Shown: in pieces, positions 1-10,625 of the stretch | Layout: each line of letters starts with the position of its first letter | Position numbering within the stretch: position 1 is the stretch's first letter | Assembly (NCBI GenBank): GCA_038087875.1 | Contig: JAXLNO010000511.1 | Coordinates: forward strand, 248,001 to 312,000 | Source: Malacoraja senta | Taxonomy: Eukaryota | DNA length: 64,000 bases | Direction of reading: 5' to 3' | Made by a program: the position numbers and the translations under genes | The notes under the pieces: generated by a model | What the model was told of the DNA's origin: nothing | Database searches by the model: none | What the model saw: only the letters and a program-made list of their open reading frames with translations

Positions 1-2254
1 GTCGCTTTTCACATCCTGAAATGTAGTCACTTTTCGCGTGCTGAATTTTCCTCACTTTTCGCGTGCTTAATTTTCGTCGTTTTTCATTTTCTGAAATTTC
101 GCCTCTTTTTGTGTGCTGAATTTTCGGCGCTTTTTGTGTGCTGATATTTCATCGCTTTTCACGTCCTGAAATTTCATCACTTTTGGCGTGCTGAATTTTT
201 GTCGCTTTTCGCGTGCTGAATTTTCGTCACCTTTCACGTGCTGAATTATCGTCGCTTTTTGTGTCCTGAAGGTTCGTCACCTTTCATGTCCTGAAATTTC
301 GTCGCCTTTCACGTCCTGAAATTTCGTTGCTTTATTCGTCCAGATATTACTTTGCTTTTTGTGTGCTGAAATTTGGTTGCTTTTTGCATGCTTCCTTTTC
401 ATCGCTTTTCACGTCCTGAAGGTTCCTCTTTTTTCACGTGCTGAATTTTCGTCGCTTTTCACATGCTGAATTTTCGTCGCTTTTCGCATGCTGAATTTTC
501 GTCGCTTTATGCGTCCTGATGTTTCAGCGCTTTATATGTCCTGATGTTTCGTCGCTTTTCGCATGCTGAATTTTCTTTGCTTTTTGTGTGCTGAAATTTC
601 GGCGCTTTTTGTGTGCTAACATTTCGTCGCTTTTCACGACCTGAAATTTCGTCACATTTGGCGTGCTGAATTTTCGTCATATTTCACGTTTTGAAGGATT
701 GTCGCTTTTCACATCCTGAAGGATCATTGCATTTATCGTGCTGAATTTTCATTGCTTTTCGCATGCTATATTTTTGTCGCATTTGACGTCCTGAAATGTC
801 GTCACTTTTGGCGTGCTACATTTTTGTCGCTTTTCGCGTGCTGAATTTTCATCACTTTTCACGTGCTGAATTATCGTCGCTTTTCGCATCCTGATGGTTT
901 GTCACTTTTTGTATGCTGAAATTTCGACGCTTTTCATGCCCTGAAATTTCATCACTTTTAGCGCGTTGAATTTTCGTCGGTTTTTGTGTGCTAATAGTTC
1001 GTCGCTTTTCACGTCCTGAAATTTCGTCACTTTTGGCGTGCTGAATTTTTGTTGCTTTTCAAGTCCTGAAGGATCGTTGCTTTTCGCGTGCTGAAATTTC
1101 TTCGCTTTTCGCATGGTGAATTTTCATCGCTTTTAGTATGCTGAAATTTCGTCGCTTTTCACGTCCTGAAATGTCATCACTTTTCGCGTGCTGAATTTTC
1201 GTCGCTTTCCGCATGCTTAATTTTCGTTGCTTTTCATGTTCTGAAATGTCGTCACTTTTTGCGTGCTGAATATTCGTCGCTTTTCGTGTGCTAATATTTC
1301 GTCGCTTTTCACGTCCTGAAATGTCGTCACTTTTGGCGTGCTGAATTTTTGTCGCTTCTCGTGTGCTGCATTTTCGTCACTTTCCACGCGCTGAATTCAC
1401 GTCCTGAAATTTCGTCGCCTTTCACGTCCTGAAATTTCGTCGGTTTATTCGACCTGATATTACGTTGCTTTTCATGTGCTGAATTTTTGTCGCTTTCTGC
1501 ATGCTGAATTTTCATTGCTTTACGCGTGCAAAATTTTCGTCACTTTTCACGTTCTGAAATGTTGTCACTTTTCGCGTGCGGAATTTCCGTCGCCTTGCGC
1601 GTCCTGAAGGTTTGTCATGTGCTGAATTTTCGGCACTTTACGCGTGCTGAAATTTCGCCACTTTTTGTGCTGAAATTTCGTCGCTTTATGCGTCCTGATG
1701 TTTCATCACTTTCCGCATGCTGAATTTTCGTCGTTTTATGTGTGCTGAAATTTCTGCGATTTTCATGTGCTGATATTTCGTCGCTTTTCACGTCTTGAAA
1801 TTTCGTCACTTTTGGCGTGCTGTAGTTTCATCACTTTTCATGTCCTGAAGGATCGTCGCTTTTCGCGTGCTGAAATTTCGTTGCTTTTCACATGATGAAT
1901 TTTCGTCGCTTTTAGTATGCTGAATTTTTGTCGCTTTTCGCGTGCTTAATTTTCGTCACTTTTCACGTGCTGAATTATCGTTGCTTTTCGTGTCCTGAAG
2001 GTACGTCACTTTTTATGTGCTGAATTTTCATTGCTTTTCACAGGCTGAATTTTCGGCGTTTTTTGCGTGCAGAAATTTCATTGCATTTCATGTCCTGAAA
2101 TATCGTCACCTTTCACGTCCTGGGATTTCGTAGCCTTTCACGTCTTGAAATGTCGTCGCTTTATTCATCCTAATATTACGTCGCTTTTTGCGTGCTGAAT
2201 GTTTGTCGCTTTTTGCATGCTGAATTTTCGTTACTGTTTGCGTGCTTCATTTTC
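1..2254 (+). repeat. 25-bp CpG-rich satellite array, T-rich orientation, left subfamily (A)
   Basis: CTGAA recurs at 441, 466 and 491 (period 25). Consensus TGCTGAATTTTCGTCGCTTTTCGCG. Most variants are CpG to TpG/CpA changes. Confidence 0.97.
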
Positions 2255-2611
2255 TTCTTTTTTTTAATTATTTTTATTAGAAGTACGGTAAATTACAATA
2301 ATACACAACACTTATATCTTAATTCCATTTTTCTACCGCTTCATTTTTTTGAGCTTTAAGAGAAAGATAGAAGTAAGAAAAGTAAAGAAAGTGCGCAAGA
2401 GTCGTGAAGTGCAAGAGAGTGTTGGGAAAAGAAAACCCCTTAGAAAAGAAGTTAGAGAAGGAAGTAAAGTAAGAAAGTAGACCCAAGAAAAGAAAGAAAA
2501 ATAAAGTAGGAACAATCGCAGAAAGGGGACCACCAACCAAGTCTGTTTTTATTGTTTTACCTCCCATTACCAGGTCCTGATACCATTTCTTTATTTATTT
2601 ATTTTTTAAAC

Positions 2612-5600
2612 ATCCAGATGTAATGTTTCAAACATATTTGATGTCCACATTTTTATTGTTGGTGTGGGCGCATTTTTCCAGAATTTAAGTATGAGCTTTT
2701 TTCCCATTATTAGCCCGTAATTGAATAAGTTCTTCTGATACACGTTTAATTCAGGGATACCTCCGATATTCCAAAAATGATCCATTCTGGTTTTGGTACC
2801 AGTTTTATTTTCATTAATTTTGAAAAAATATCAAATATTTCATACCAGAATTTTTGGATTTTTGTACAAAAAACAAAAGAATGCGCTATGGTAGCTTCTT
2901 GACATAGACATTTATCACAGATTGGTGAAACATTAGGAAAGATTTTATTTAATTTAGTTTTTGAATAATATAGTCTATGTAATGTTTTGAATTGGATGAG
3001 CGTATGTCGTACGTTGATCGAACATTTATGCACCTGTAGTAAATGGTTATCCCAGCTCTCTTTTGAATTTTTTATAGCTAATTCTTGTTCCCAGTCTCTT
3101 CTAATTCCATCTGTTGTGGGTATTTCTATGTTTAAAATGATATTATATAAGTACGATATTAGATTAGCTGATTCCGCCTTTGTCTTCATTGCTTCATCTA
3201 GTAAGTCGGTAGGCATATTATGATAGTCTTTTGTGTATTTTTTCAGGTAATCACGAATTTGTAGATATTTAAAATATTGGTTATTTTTCAAATTATATTT
3301 CAGTTGTAGTTGTTGAAATGATAGTAATTTTCCCAATTCATACAGATCTTCGAGCGTTTTGATTCCCATTCTTTCCCATTGAATAAATGATTTGTCTATG
3401 GTTGAAGGTTTAAACGATGGGTTATTAACTATTGGTATTGAGAGAGATAGGTTTTTTAATTTTAGATTCTGTTTTATTTGTTTCCATGTTCTAATTGTGC
3501 TATTTATAATTGGATTTTTTTTATAATTTTGATTATTCAAATTTATTGGAGAGAGAATAATCGCTCGTATATTACTCGGGGAGCAGTCCCCTTTTTCCAT
3601 TACAATCCAGTCCGCCTGCTGGGCAGAATTGTCCAGCAGGTGAATCATATTTTTAATATTTACTGCCCAATTATAATACATAAAGTTAGGGAGCGCGAGA
3701 TCCCCAACTCTTTTCGTTTATTAAGGTGAGCTCTTTGTATTCTATGGGATTTATAATCCCATATAAAATTTGTAATGTCTGAGTCCAATTTTTTGAAAAA
3801 CTTTTTTGGGAGATATATAGGTATTGATTGAAATAGGTATAGGATTTGTGGTAAGAAAATCATTTTTATAGCATTTATTGTGCCTATTAAGGACAGCGGA
3901 AGTGTTTTCCAGAATTTAATCATATTATTTAATTTATTAAGGGACTATAATTGGCTTTAAACATATCCTGGTAATTTCTAGTAATTTCAATTCCCAAATA
4001 TTTGAATTTTTCTGTAGCTATTTTAAAGGGGAATTTCCTGAGGTGTGTTGAGTCTTTTGGTTTTATCGACATAATTTCACTTTTGTTCCAATTTATTCTA
4101 TATCCTGAGAAGGATCCAAAGTCCTCAATTAAATTTAATATATTTGGTATACTAATTTGTGGTTTTGTGATGTACAGTAGTACATCATCGGCATATAGGG
4201 ATATTTTGTTATTTGAATATTTTGTATTATAACCGTAAATATCCATGTGTGTTCTTATTTTTTCAGCAAGGGGTTCAATTACTAAAGCAAATAACAGCGG
4301 TGATAATGAACATCCTTGTCTATTGCCCCTTGATAGTTCAAATTTCGAGGATAATATGTTATTAGTTAGTATTCTAGCCGTAGGTTTGTTATATAATAGT
4401 TTTATCCATGCAATGAAGTTCTCTCCCAATTGGAATTTTTGCAATACTTTAATCATATAGTCCCATTCTACTTGATCAAACGCTTTTTCTGCGTCCAATG
4501 AGATGATAGATAACTCTTGGTCCTGAGATTTATGTGAATGCATTATGTTAAGCAAACGTCTCAAATTATTAAATGAATGTCTCTTAGGTATAAATCCTGT
4601 TTGATCCTCATTTATTAGTCTACTAACATACCTGCTTAGTCTACTGGCTAGTGTTTTCGCTATTATTTTTTGATCCGTATTTAACAAAGCAATAGCTCTA
4701 TATGTTCCTGGTTCTTCTATATTTTTTATCTTTTTTAAGTATTAATATGATCGTTGATTCTGCTACTGTTTCAGGTAAGTTTTGCTCTTTAAAAGCATGT
4801 GTATACATTTTTTGTAATCGTGGAGTAACTATGTCATAAAAAGATTTATAAAATTCATTACTGAATCCGACTGGTCCTGGTGTTTTTCCATTCTTTAGTG
4901 TTTTTATTGTGTCTTCTATCTCCTTAGAAGTAATTTGTGCTCCCAGTTCCTCTTGTTCCCTCAGTTCTAATTGTGGTAGGTTACAGTTATCTAAAAATTC
5001 TGAGATTTTATTATTGTCTATTAACGTTTTAGATGTGTATATATTCTGGTAAAATTGAGCAAATCTTTTATTGATATCCTTGGGTAGTGTTAATAATTCC
5101 CCTCCGTCTGATTTAATCTTTAATATTGCATTCTCTTTTTCCCGTTTTTTCAGTTGGCGTGCTAGAAGTTTGTGGGGTTTGTCCCCGAATTCGAAGTGTT
5201 CTTGTTTTGTGATTTGAAATAATGTTATAACTTTCTCTGACAGTAATTTATTTAGCTTGAATTTCAATAGTAGGATTTTATCATGTTTATCCATAGTTGG
5301 ATCTTTAGCATTATCTGTATCTAATTGTTTTATTTGTTCATCTAAATGTCTTTGTTCATTCTTATTCTTTTTAGTTTGATAAGCTTGGAATGAAATAATG
5401 ACTCCTCTAATAAATGCTTTGAAGGATTCCCATAGTAGCGTGGGGGAAATATCTGGTGTATAATGTATCTCAAAAAATAGATCCATCTGTTTTTTTAGAT
5501 ATATACTCCCTTGTGGGTCTTTTAAAAGTTGCGAGTTAAACCTCCAGAACGATTTATTCATAGACATTCCTTCTAGTTTTAAAACAAAAGTTAACGGAGA

Positions 5601-6288
5601 GTGGTCTGAGATCGCATTCGTGTGGTATTTAGGGTTCATAGTGTGCGGAATTAATTTTGTATCCACAAGAAAATAGTCTATCCGCGAGTATGTTTTATGC
5701 ACCGTTGAATAAAACGAATTATCCCTTCCCGTCGGGTTTGCAATCCTCCACACATCTGCTATATTTGTGTTTTCCATATATGTATGTAAAAGTTCACTGG
5801 CTTTAGATTTCATATTACCTTTTTGTTTTTGCATAGATTTATCTAGATAAGGGTCTAAAACACAGTTAAAGTCTCCTCCAATTATAACATTTTGATAATT
5901 AAATTCTGCAATTATATTCAGAATTTTATTTAAAAATTGAGCTTGGCGTGATTGGCGTATTATTGATCTCTCCTGCTACTATAAGGTATCTCCCTTCCTT
6001 ATCTAAAATAGTATTCTTTGATTTAAATGTAATTCCTTTACGAATGATGATTGCAGTACCTCTAGATTTGGAGGTGAATGAAGAGTGAAATGTTTGTCCT
6101 ATCCAGTTCGCCCTCAGTCTCGTCTGATCTTGATGTTTAAGGTGCGTTTCCTGTAGAAACGAAATGTCCGTGTTGTATGATTTCAACTGAGCTAGTATCT
6201 TGTCCCTTTTAATAGGTTCATTAATACCCCTTATATTCCAGCTACATAGTGTGATTCCTCCCATTTTCTTTTGATTATCGTCATACAT
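2612..6288 (-). pseudogene. L1 ORF2 (APE endonuclease, reverse transcriptase, C-terminal CCHC) broken by frameshifts and deletions
   Basis: Five ORF pieces (5926-6297, 4698-5834, 3929-4687, 3660-3923, 2746-3681) are colinear with the intact ORF2 at 55604-59395. Motifs SWNIRG, LQETH, SRIDY, SDHSP, RQGC, YADD and CDKC..H..C are present. Small deletions near 5940 and 2611. ATG at 6288. Confidence 0.95.
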
Positions 6289-6648
6289 TTTTACCAAATT
6301 TAATGATCTTATTTATTATGGTGCATTCATACCTCAGGACTCTGGTTATTTTGGGGGCATTTCTATTATAGACTTCCTTGGTAGTTCTCCTCCGCGATTG
6401 TCCTTGGAAAAAAAAACACATAGATGTGACGTATTGTGATAAAAAAAAATTTTTAAAGGTATATCAAATAAGTTTACGGTGTCTGAGTTTTCAACACCGT
6501 AGTGAGTGTCCCACTCGTCTGTGGGGTACGACATCGATATCGCTTCCGGCGTAGATGTTATGACGTTAGCTCCGCTGCCTTTATTACCCAAAACCTAGGG
6601 GGTCGGTACCGTTTCCAAATCAGTTCTATTTCACCCAGTTGCAGTATA

Positions 6649-7295
6649 TATATATATGTTTCATTCCGACTTCAATTGTATTCAGTTACATATATTCCTC
6701 ACTCTTTATCTCTTAACTATTTTGAATTGGTTTTAGTATTGTTAAAAGTGAGCTGTTCGCTGAAAGGGTTAACTGGAGTCAGGCTCCTGGAGTTATGCCA
6801 GGTGCCTAGTCTCCTCCCCTCCCCACTCGAGCTGCGGAACATATGTGATTACTGTTGTCTGCGTTATAAAGCAGGCAACACATTTTTATCAGTTTCAATT
6901 GCTATTTCTATATTAGTATTGTTAATTATTAATTATTATTGATTCTCCATATTTTGTAAAACTATATAAGCGATATATATGTTTCATTCCGACTTCAAAT
7001 GTATTCAGTTACATATATTCCTCACTCTTTATCTCTTAACTATTTTGAATTGGTTTTAGTATTGTTGAAAGTGAGCTGTTCGCTGAAAGGGTTAACCGGA
7101 GTCAGGCTCCTGGAATTATGCCAGGTGCCTAATCTCCTCCCCTCCCCACTCGAGCTGCGGAACATATGTAATTACTGTTGTCTGCGTTATAAAGCAGACA
7201 ACACATTTTTTATCAATTTCAATTGCTATTTCTATATTAGTATTGTTAATTCTTAATTATTATTGATTCTCAATATTTTCTAAAACTATATAAGC
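6649..7295. repeat. Direct tandem duplication of about 323 bp in the L1 inter-ORF spacer
   Basis: GTTTCATTCCGACTTCAA at 6658 and 6981; both copies end in ACTATATAAGC (6971 and 7295). Only scattered substitutions between copies. Confidence 0.95.
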
Positions 7296-7547
7296 CATGT
7301 GATGTTTTTCGCTCTCAGCACATCAGATCGTCAGTCCCATGTTATCAGTCTTTCCTCGTTTGAGCACAGAGTGTCCTTGAGTTAGATGCCGCTATGTTCA
7401 AGGGGAGATAATAATGTCTAGACACGTCTCATGGAAAATCTGTTGCGTGTAATAATTTTAAAAGATTGATGTTCAGTTATTTCACTTTTCTTGTGATATT
7501 CTTGTTGGGGGAATAACCAAATTAATTTGTTCATGACGTCTTGGTGA

Positions 7548-7666
7548 TCAATCTTCACTTGTTGCTGCCTTGGCCACGATTTCTTGAGCGTATTTAAGAG
7601 ATTCTACCGAGTTAATGAATTTGTTTGACTTTCCCATGAAAGTAATACGCATCCTGGCCGGATAAT
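7548..7666 (-). pseudogene. L1 ORF1 C-terminal remnant
   Basis: Manual translation gives YPARMRITFMGKSNKFINSVESLKYAQEIVAKAATSED*; YPA(R/K)xxI is characteristic of the L1 ORF1p C-terminal domain. Confidence 0.85.
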
Positions 7667-7870
7667 TGTAAAGAATCTATAACGAGGCATCGTTACTTTA
7701 CTATCTTTATTCATACTGGAGCATTACATATGGCACTAGCTGTACGTGGTCTGTCACAGGAACTAGAGAGCGATCTGTGGGTGGGGAGGTTGTAGTTATA
7801 CTTCTGATATGGGGAGTGGTTAGTAGGTATGAGGTCACTATGTTAAAGGCACATGCATATATCATCTACA
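7667..7870 (-). repeat. 3' LTR (204 bp)
   Basis: TGTA...TACA termini; AATAAA on the minus strand near 7707-7712; abuts the PPT. Confidence 0.93.
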
Positions 7871-7880
7871 TCCTTCCCCT
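7871..7880 (-). promoter_or_regulatory. Polypurine tract (AGGGGAAGGA)
   Basis: Purine run immediately upstream of the 3' LTR on the element strand. Confidence 0.85.
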
Positions 7881-7939
7881 TCGAAACGACAGGCAAATAC
7901 AATGGTGACAGGGCGACCACGGCTCATGCGCTAGGACAG

Positions 7940-8835
7940 TTAAACAAAATCGCCATAGCGGACAGGCGGTTTGACAAGACGTCCCGACCGGGTTCGCATC
8001 TCGCCATCCTCCCTTCCGGCAGGAGGAAGAGGCACCGATGGGGGCAGACGAACCTGAAAGGGGGAAACGGGAGGAGACGGAGGAGACCGCGGCACCAAAC
8101 CCGGAGGTGATGCGGGATCAGGAGCGGGCAGAGCGCGGGCAGGCGAGCGAGGACTAGTCGGAGCAGGGTGGGAAGGAAGGAGTTGAGGAGGTGGAGAACG
8201 TTGCATGTTAGGAAGGACGGGCAGATCAACGCCCGGAGGCGAAGTCGGCAGTGGGGGAGCAAACGGATCCGCGGCAGGAGGACGCGGCTCGTTGACGAGC
8301 CGAAGGTGCTGGCGGGACCGACGGTAAATGGCTCCCGCATGGTCGACGAGATAGGACCTGGGCGACCCAGCTGAGCCGACGACAGTAGCGAGCTTGGAGT
8401 GACCGGAAGTGGTCTGCATACGGACAACTTGACCGGGGAAGAGGCGCGGCAGCGGGTGGCAGGACCTGTCATGGGAACGCTTTTGGACATCGTGCCTGAA
8501 GGCAATGCGTTTCTGAACCGCCGCAGGTGGGAGGACGGAGGGTATGAGGGAGCGCTGGGCCACCGGGAGCGGGAGCCTGGTAGCGCGAGACATGAGCCGC
8601 TGAGCAGGAGAACCCATGGCGGAGTCGCGGGAAATGTTGCGGAGGTTGAGGAGGGCCAGATGGAAGTCGGAGTTAATGCCACCACACTGTTCCAGCAGGT
8701 GCTTCGCGCTGCGGACGGCACGCTCGGCCAGACCGTTGCTTTGCGGGTACTCCGGGCTGCTGGTGAAATGGCGGAAGTTCCATCTGGAAGCGAACGCTTT
8801 AAACTCGGCGCTCGTGAACTGGCTGCCATTGTCTG
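7940..8835 (-). pseudogene. Gypsy integrase C-terminal half with Pro-rich tail
   Basis: Frame upstream of ORF 7940-8617 reads DNGSQFTSAEFKAFASRWNFRHFTSSPEYPQSNGLAERAV (second D and E of the DDE triad). The ORF ends with the typical RTRSGRLVKPP motif. Confidence 0.9.
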
Positions 8836-9577
8836 TTGGAATACCTCGCTGGCAGTGTTGATTCCGAATGGCATTCGGAGAAACCGAAACCTTCCGTAGG
8901 GGGTGGCGAAAGTTGTGAAAATGGACGACTGCTCGTCCAGTGGTATCTGCCAGAAGGAGCTTTTGGCATCGAGGACAGAAAAAACCGTTGCCGGACCAAC
9001 CTGTGCAGCGACTTCTTCTACCGTTCTCATAGGGTAGTGCGGGCGTCTAATGGCCAGGTTGAGGTCTTTGGGGTTGATGCAGATGCGTATCTCGCTCTTG
9101 TCCTTTTTCGCAGCAACAACCATGGAAGAGACCCAACTGGTGGGCTCGATGACCGCCTTTAGGATGCCCATTTGTACCATACTGTGTAGTGTCGACTGCA
9201 CTTTGTCCTTCATGGCGAAGGAGACACGGTGAGGTGCATTGACCACTGGATCGACCTTACGGTCCACTACAATCTTGTAGCTGCAGGGTAGTTTGCCTAG
9301 CTCATCATCAAAGCGGTCGGGATAATCAGCCAGCGGGTCCATGAGGGCATGCACCTGGTGGATGTCACGGTGGAATGATACCAGGCCCATTTCCTGGCAT
9401 GCCCGGATACCCAGCAGGGGAATGCATTTTTGGTCGAGGAGATAGAAGGTGAGGGGCCGAGAGGTCTCTAGTATCTTACAGCGTAGCGTGGCCTTGCCCA
9501 CAGGAGTAAGAATCCCCCCCGTAGGCATGCAAGGTTGAGTTCTGAGAAAAAATCTGCTCATTAGTCCTTATCTGTTT
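8826..9577 (-). pseudogene. Gypsy protease C-terminal part and RT N-terminal part
   Basis: LHAYGG, LLG, PTSWVSSMVV, IRICINPKDLN, FSVLDAKSSFWQI, TTFATPYGRFRFLRMPFGI. Stops before the YxDD motif. Confidence 0.92.
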
Positions 9578-9610
9578 GAGGCGTGGGTTCGAATCCCACT
9601 TCTGACACCA
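9578..9610 (-). promoter_or_regulatory. Primer-binding site, extended to 33 nt, complementary to the 3' end of tRNA-Leu including CCA
   Basis: The + strand reads GAGGCGTGGGTTCGAATCCCACTTCTGACACCA, matching from recall the 3' end of vertebrate tRNA-Leu (CAA/CAG type). Directly abuts the LTR at 9611. Confidence 0.88.
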
Positions 9611-9761
9611 TGTAAAGAATCTATAACGAGGCATCGTTACTTTACTATCTTTATTCATACTGGAGCATTACATATTGCACTAGCTGTACGTGGTCTGTCA
9701 CAGGAACTAGAGAGCGATCTGTGGGTGGGGAGGTTGTAGTTATACTTGTGATATAACTACA
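9611..9761 (-). repeat. 5' LTR, shortened at its outer end
   Basis: Matches 7667-7810 up to 9754, then ends in AACTACA instead of the last 60 bp of the other LTR. Confidence 0.9.
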
Positions 9762-10497
9762 ACGCTTCCATTGTTGGGATATCCCGAAGTTTAACTATGA
9801 TCTGTGGTGGGTAGGCATGTTCTCCTTGAGATTTTGGTTTAAATCTGGGTAGTCGATGTGCTACTTCAATTACAGGTGCCTCAGGTAGTTTGAGTACGTG
9901 TTTAATTAGATTGGCAGTGAACTCACAAGCATTGTCCCCCTCAGCTCCCTCTTTTACTCCACGTATACGTATATTTTGACGTCTTGAGCGAGCTTCTAGG
10001 TCAACACATTTATCAGAAACTGTTGTAAGATGGCTCTTGAGGCTGTCTATTTCTAACTTCATCGTCTGCATCTCTCCGGTCATCTCTTCCACAACAGCTT
10101 CCATATCTTTCACTGCAGTTACATTTGCAGAAACAGTTTCATGCACAGCCTCAAACATCTTTGTGGTCTCTTCTGCCATCTTATTAATTTTCCCCGTTAA
10201 TTCTTCTTGCACATCATCAACTCTTTTTTGCAGAGCACCAATGCCCGCAAGTATTTTTTCATTACCGGCCATTAAATTTATGTTTCCAACTTTCAAGTCA
10301 TTTTTCAAATCTCTTACCGAGTTCTTTAACTCCTCCAATTCGGTTTTCTCTTTTGTGGTCATCTCAGTCTTAGATCGTGTGTCCATTCCAGAAACCACTC
10401 CAGAGGTCCGTTTTGCAGTTTCTTGATGTTCCAGAGTCTTCAGCGATTGTTTTGTAACTTTCCTCTGTGGGCTCTGACCTGGAGACGTACTATTCAT
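9762..10497 (-). pseudogene. L1 ORF1 N-terminal part (coiled coil and RRM), interrupted by the LTR element
   Basis: Heptad-rich region followed by DLEARSRRQNIRIRGVKE, IEVAHR and PPQIIVKL, which are conserved L1 ORF1p motifs. Confidence 0.92.
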
Positions 10498-10535
10498 TTA
10501 AAATGACCTTCCCTCCGTTAAATTCACGGCGCTTA

Positions 10536-10551
10536 CTGATGACGTCATCAG
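10536..10551. promoter_or_regulatory. 16-bp perfect palindrome with a CRE/ATF core in the L1 5'UTR
   Basis: CTGATGACGTCATCAG about 40 bp upstream of the first ORF1 ATG. Function is inferred only. Confidence 0.55.
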
Positions 10552-10625
10552 CGCCGCGACATGAGACTCCGGTAAGTTTTTAAAAACGGTCCCGACCTCC
10601 AGACCCGATTTCAACGCGAAAAATC

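Larger units (their letters stand above)
7667..9761 (-). mobile_element. Non-autonomous, internally deleted Ty3/Gypsy LTR retrotransposon (about 2.1 kb) nested in L1 ORF1
   Basis: Near-identical LTRs starting at 7667 and 9611. PPT next to the 3' LTR and tRNA-Leu PBS next to the 5' LTR. Protease-end, RT and integrase fragments in Gypsy order. Confidence 0.95.
2255..10625 (-). mobile_element. L1-clade LINE, near full length but decayed (5'UTR, ORF1, long inter-ORF spacer, ORF2, 3'UTR, short polyA), with a nested LTR element
   Basis: PolyT remnant at 2255-2265 and AATAAA on the minus strand near 2273-2278. ORF1 and ORF2 homology. 11-bp TSD GCTTCATTTTC at 2244-2254 and 10626-10636. The uninterrupted target sequence is visible in a repeat copy at 11491-11550. 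Confidence 0.95.

Noticed and set aside
6502..7256. Paired plus-strand ORFs of 146 and 85 aa
   Set aside because: Antisense to the L1 spacer; their similarity simply reflects the 323-bp duplication.
7924..9561. 545-aa ORF as a novel RT fusion protein
   Set aside because: It is a truncated Gypsy RT lacking YxDD that runs out of frame through integrase after the 8826-8835 deletion.
9578..9610. tRNA-Leu gene
   Set aside because: Only the 3' 33 nt are present, with encoded CCA and abutting an LTR, so it is a primer-derived copy.
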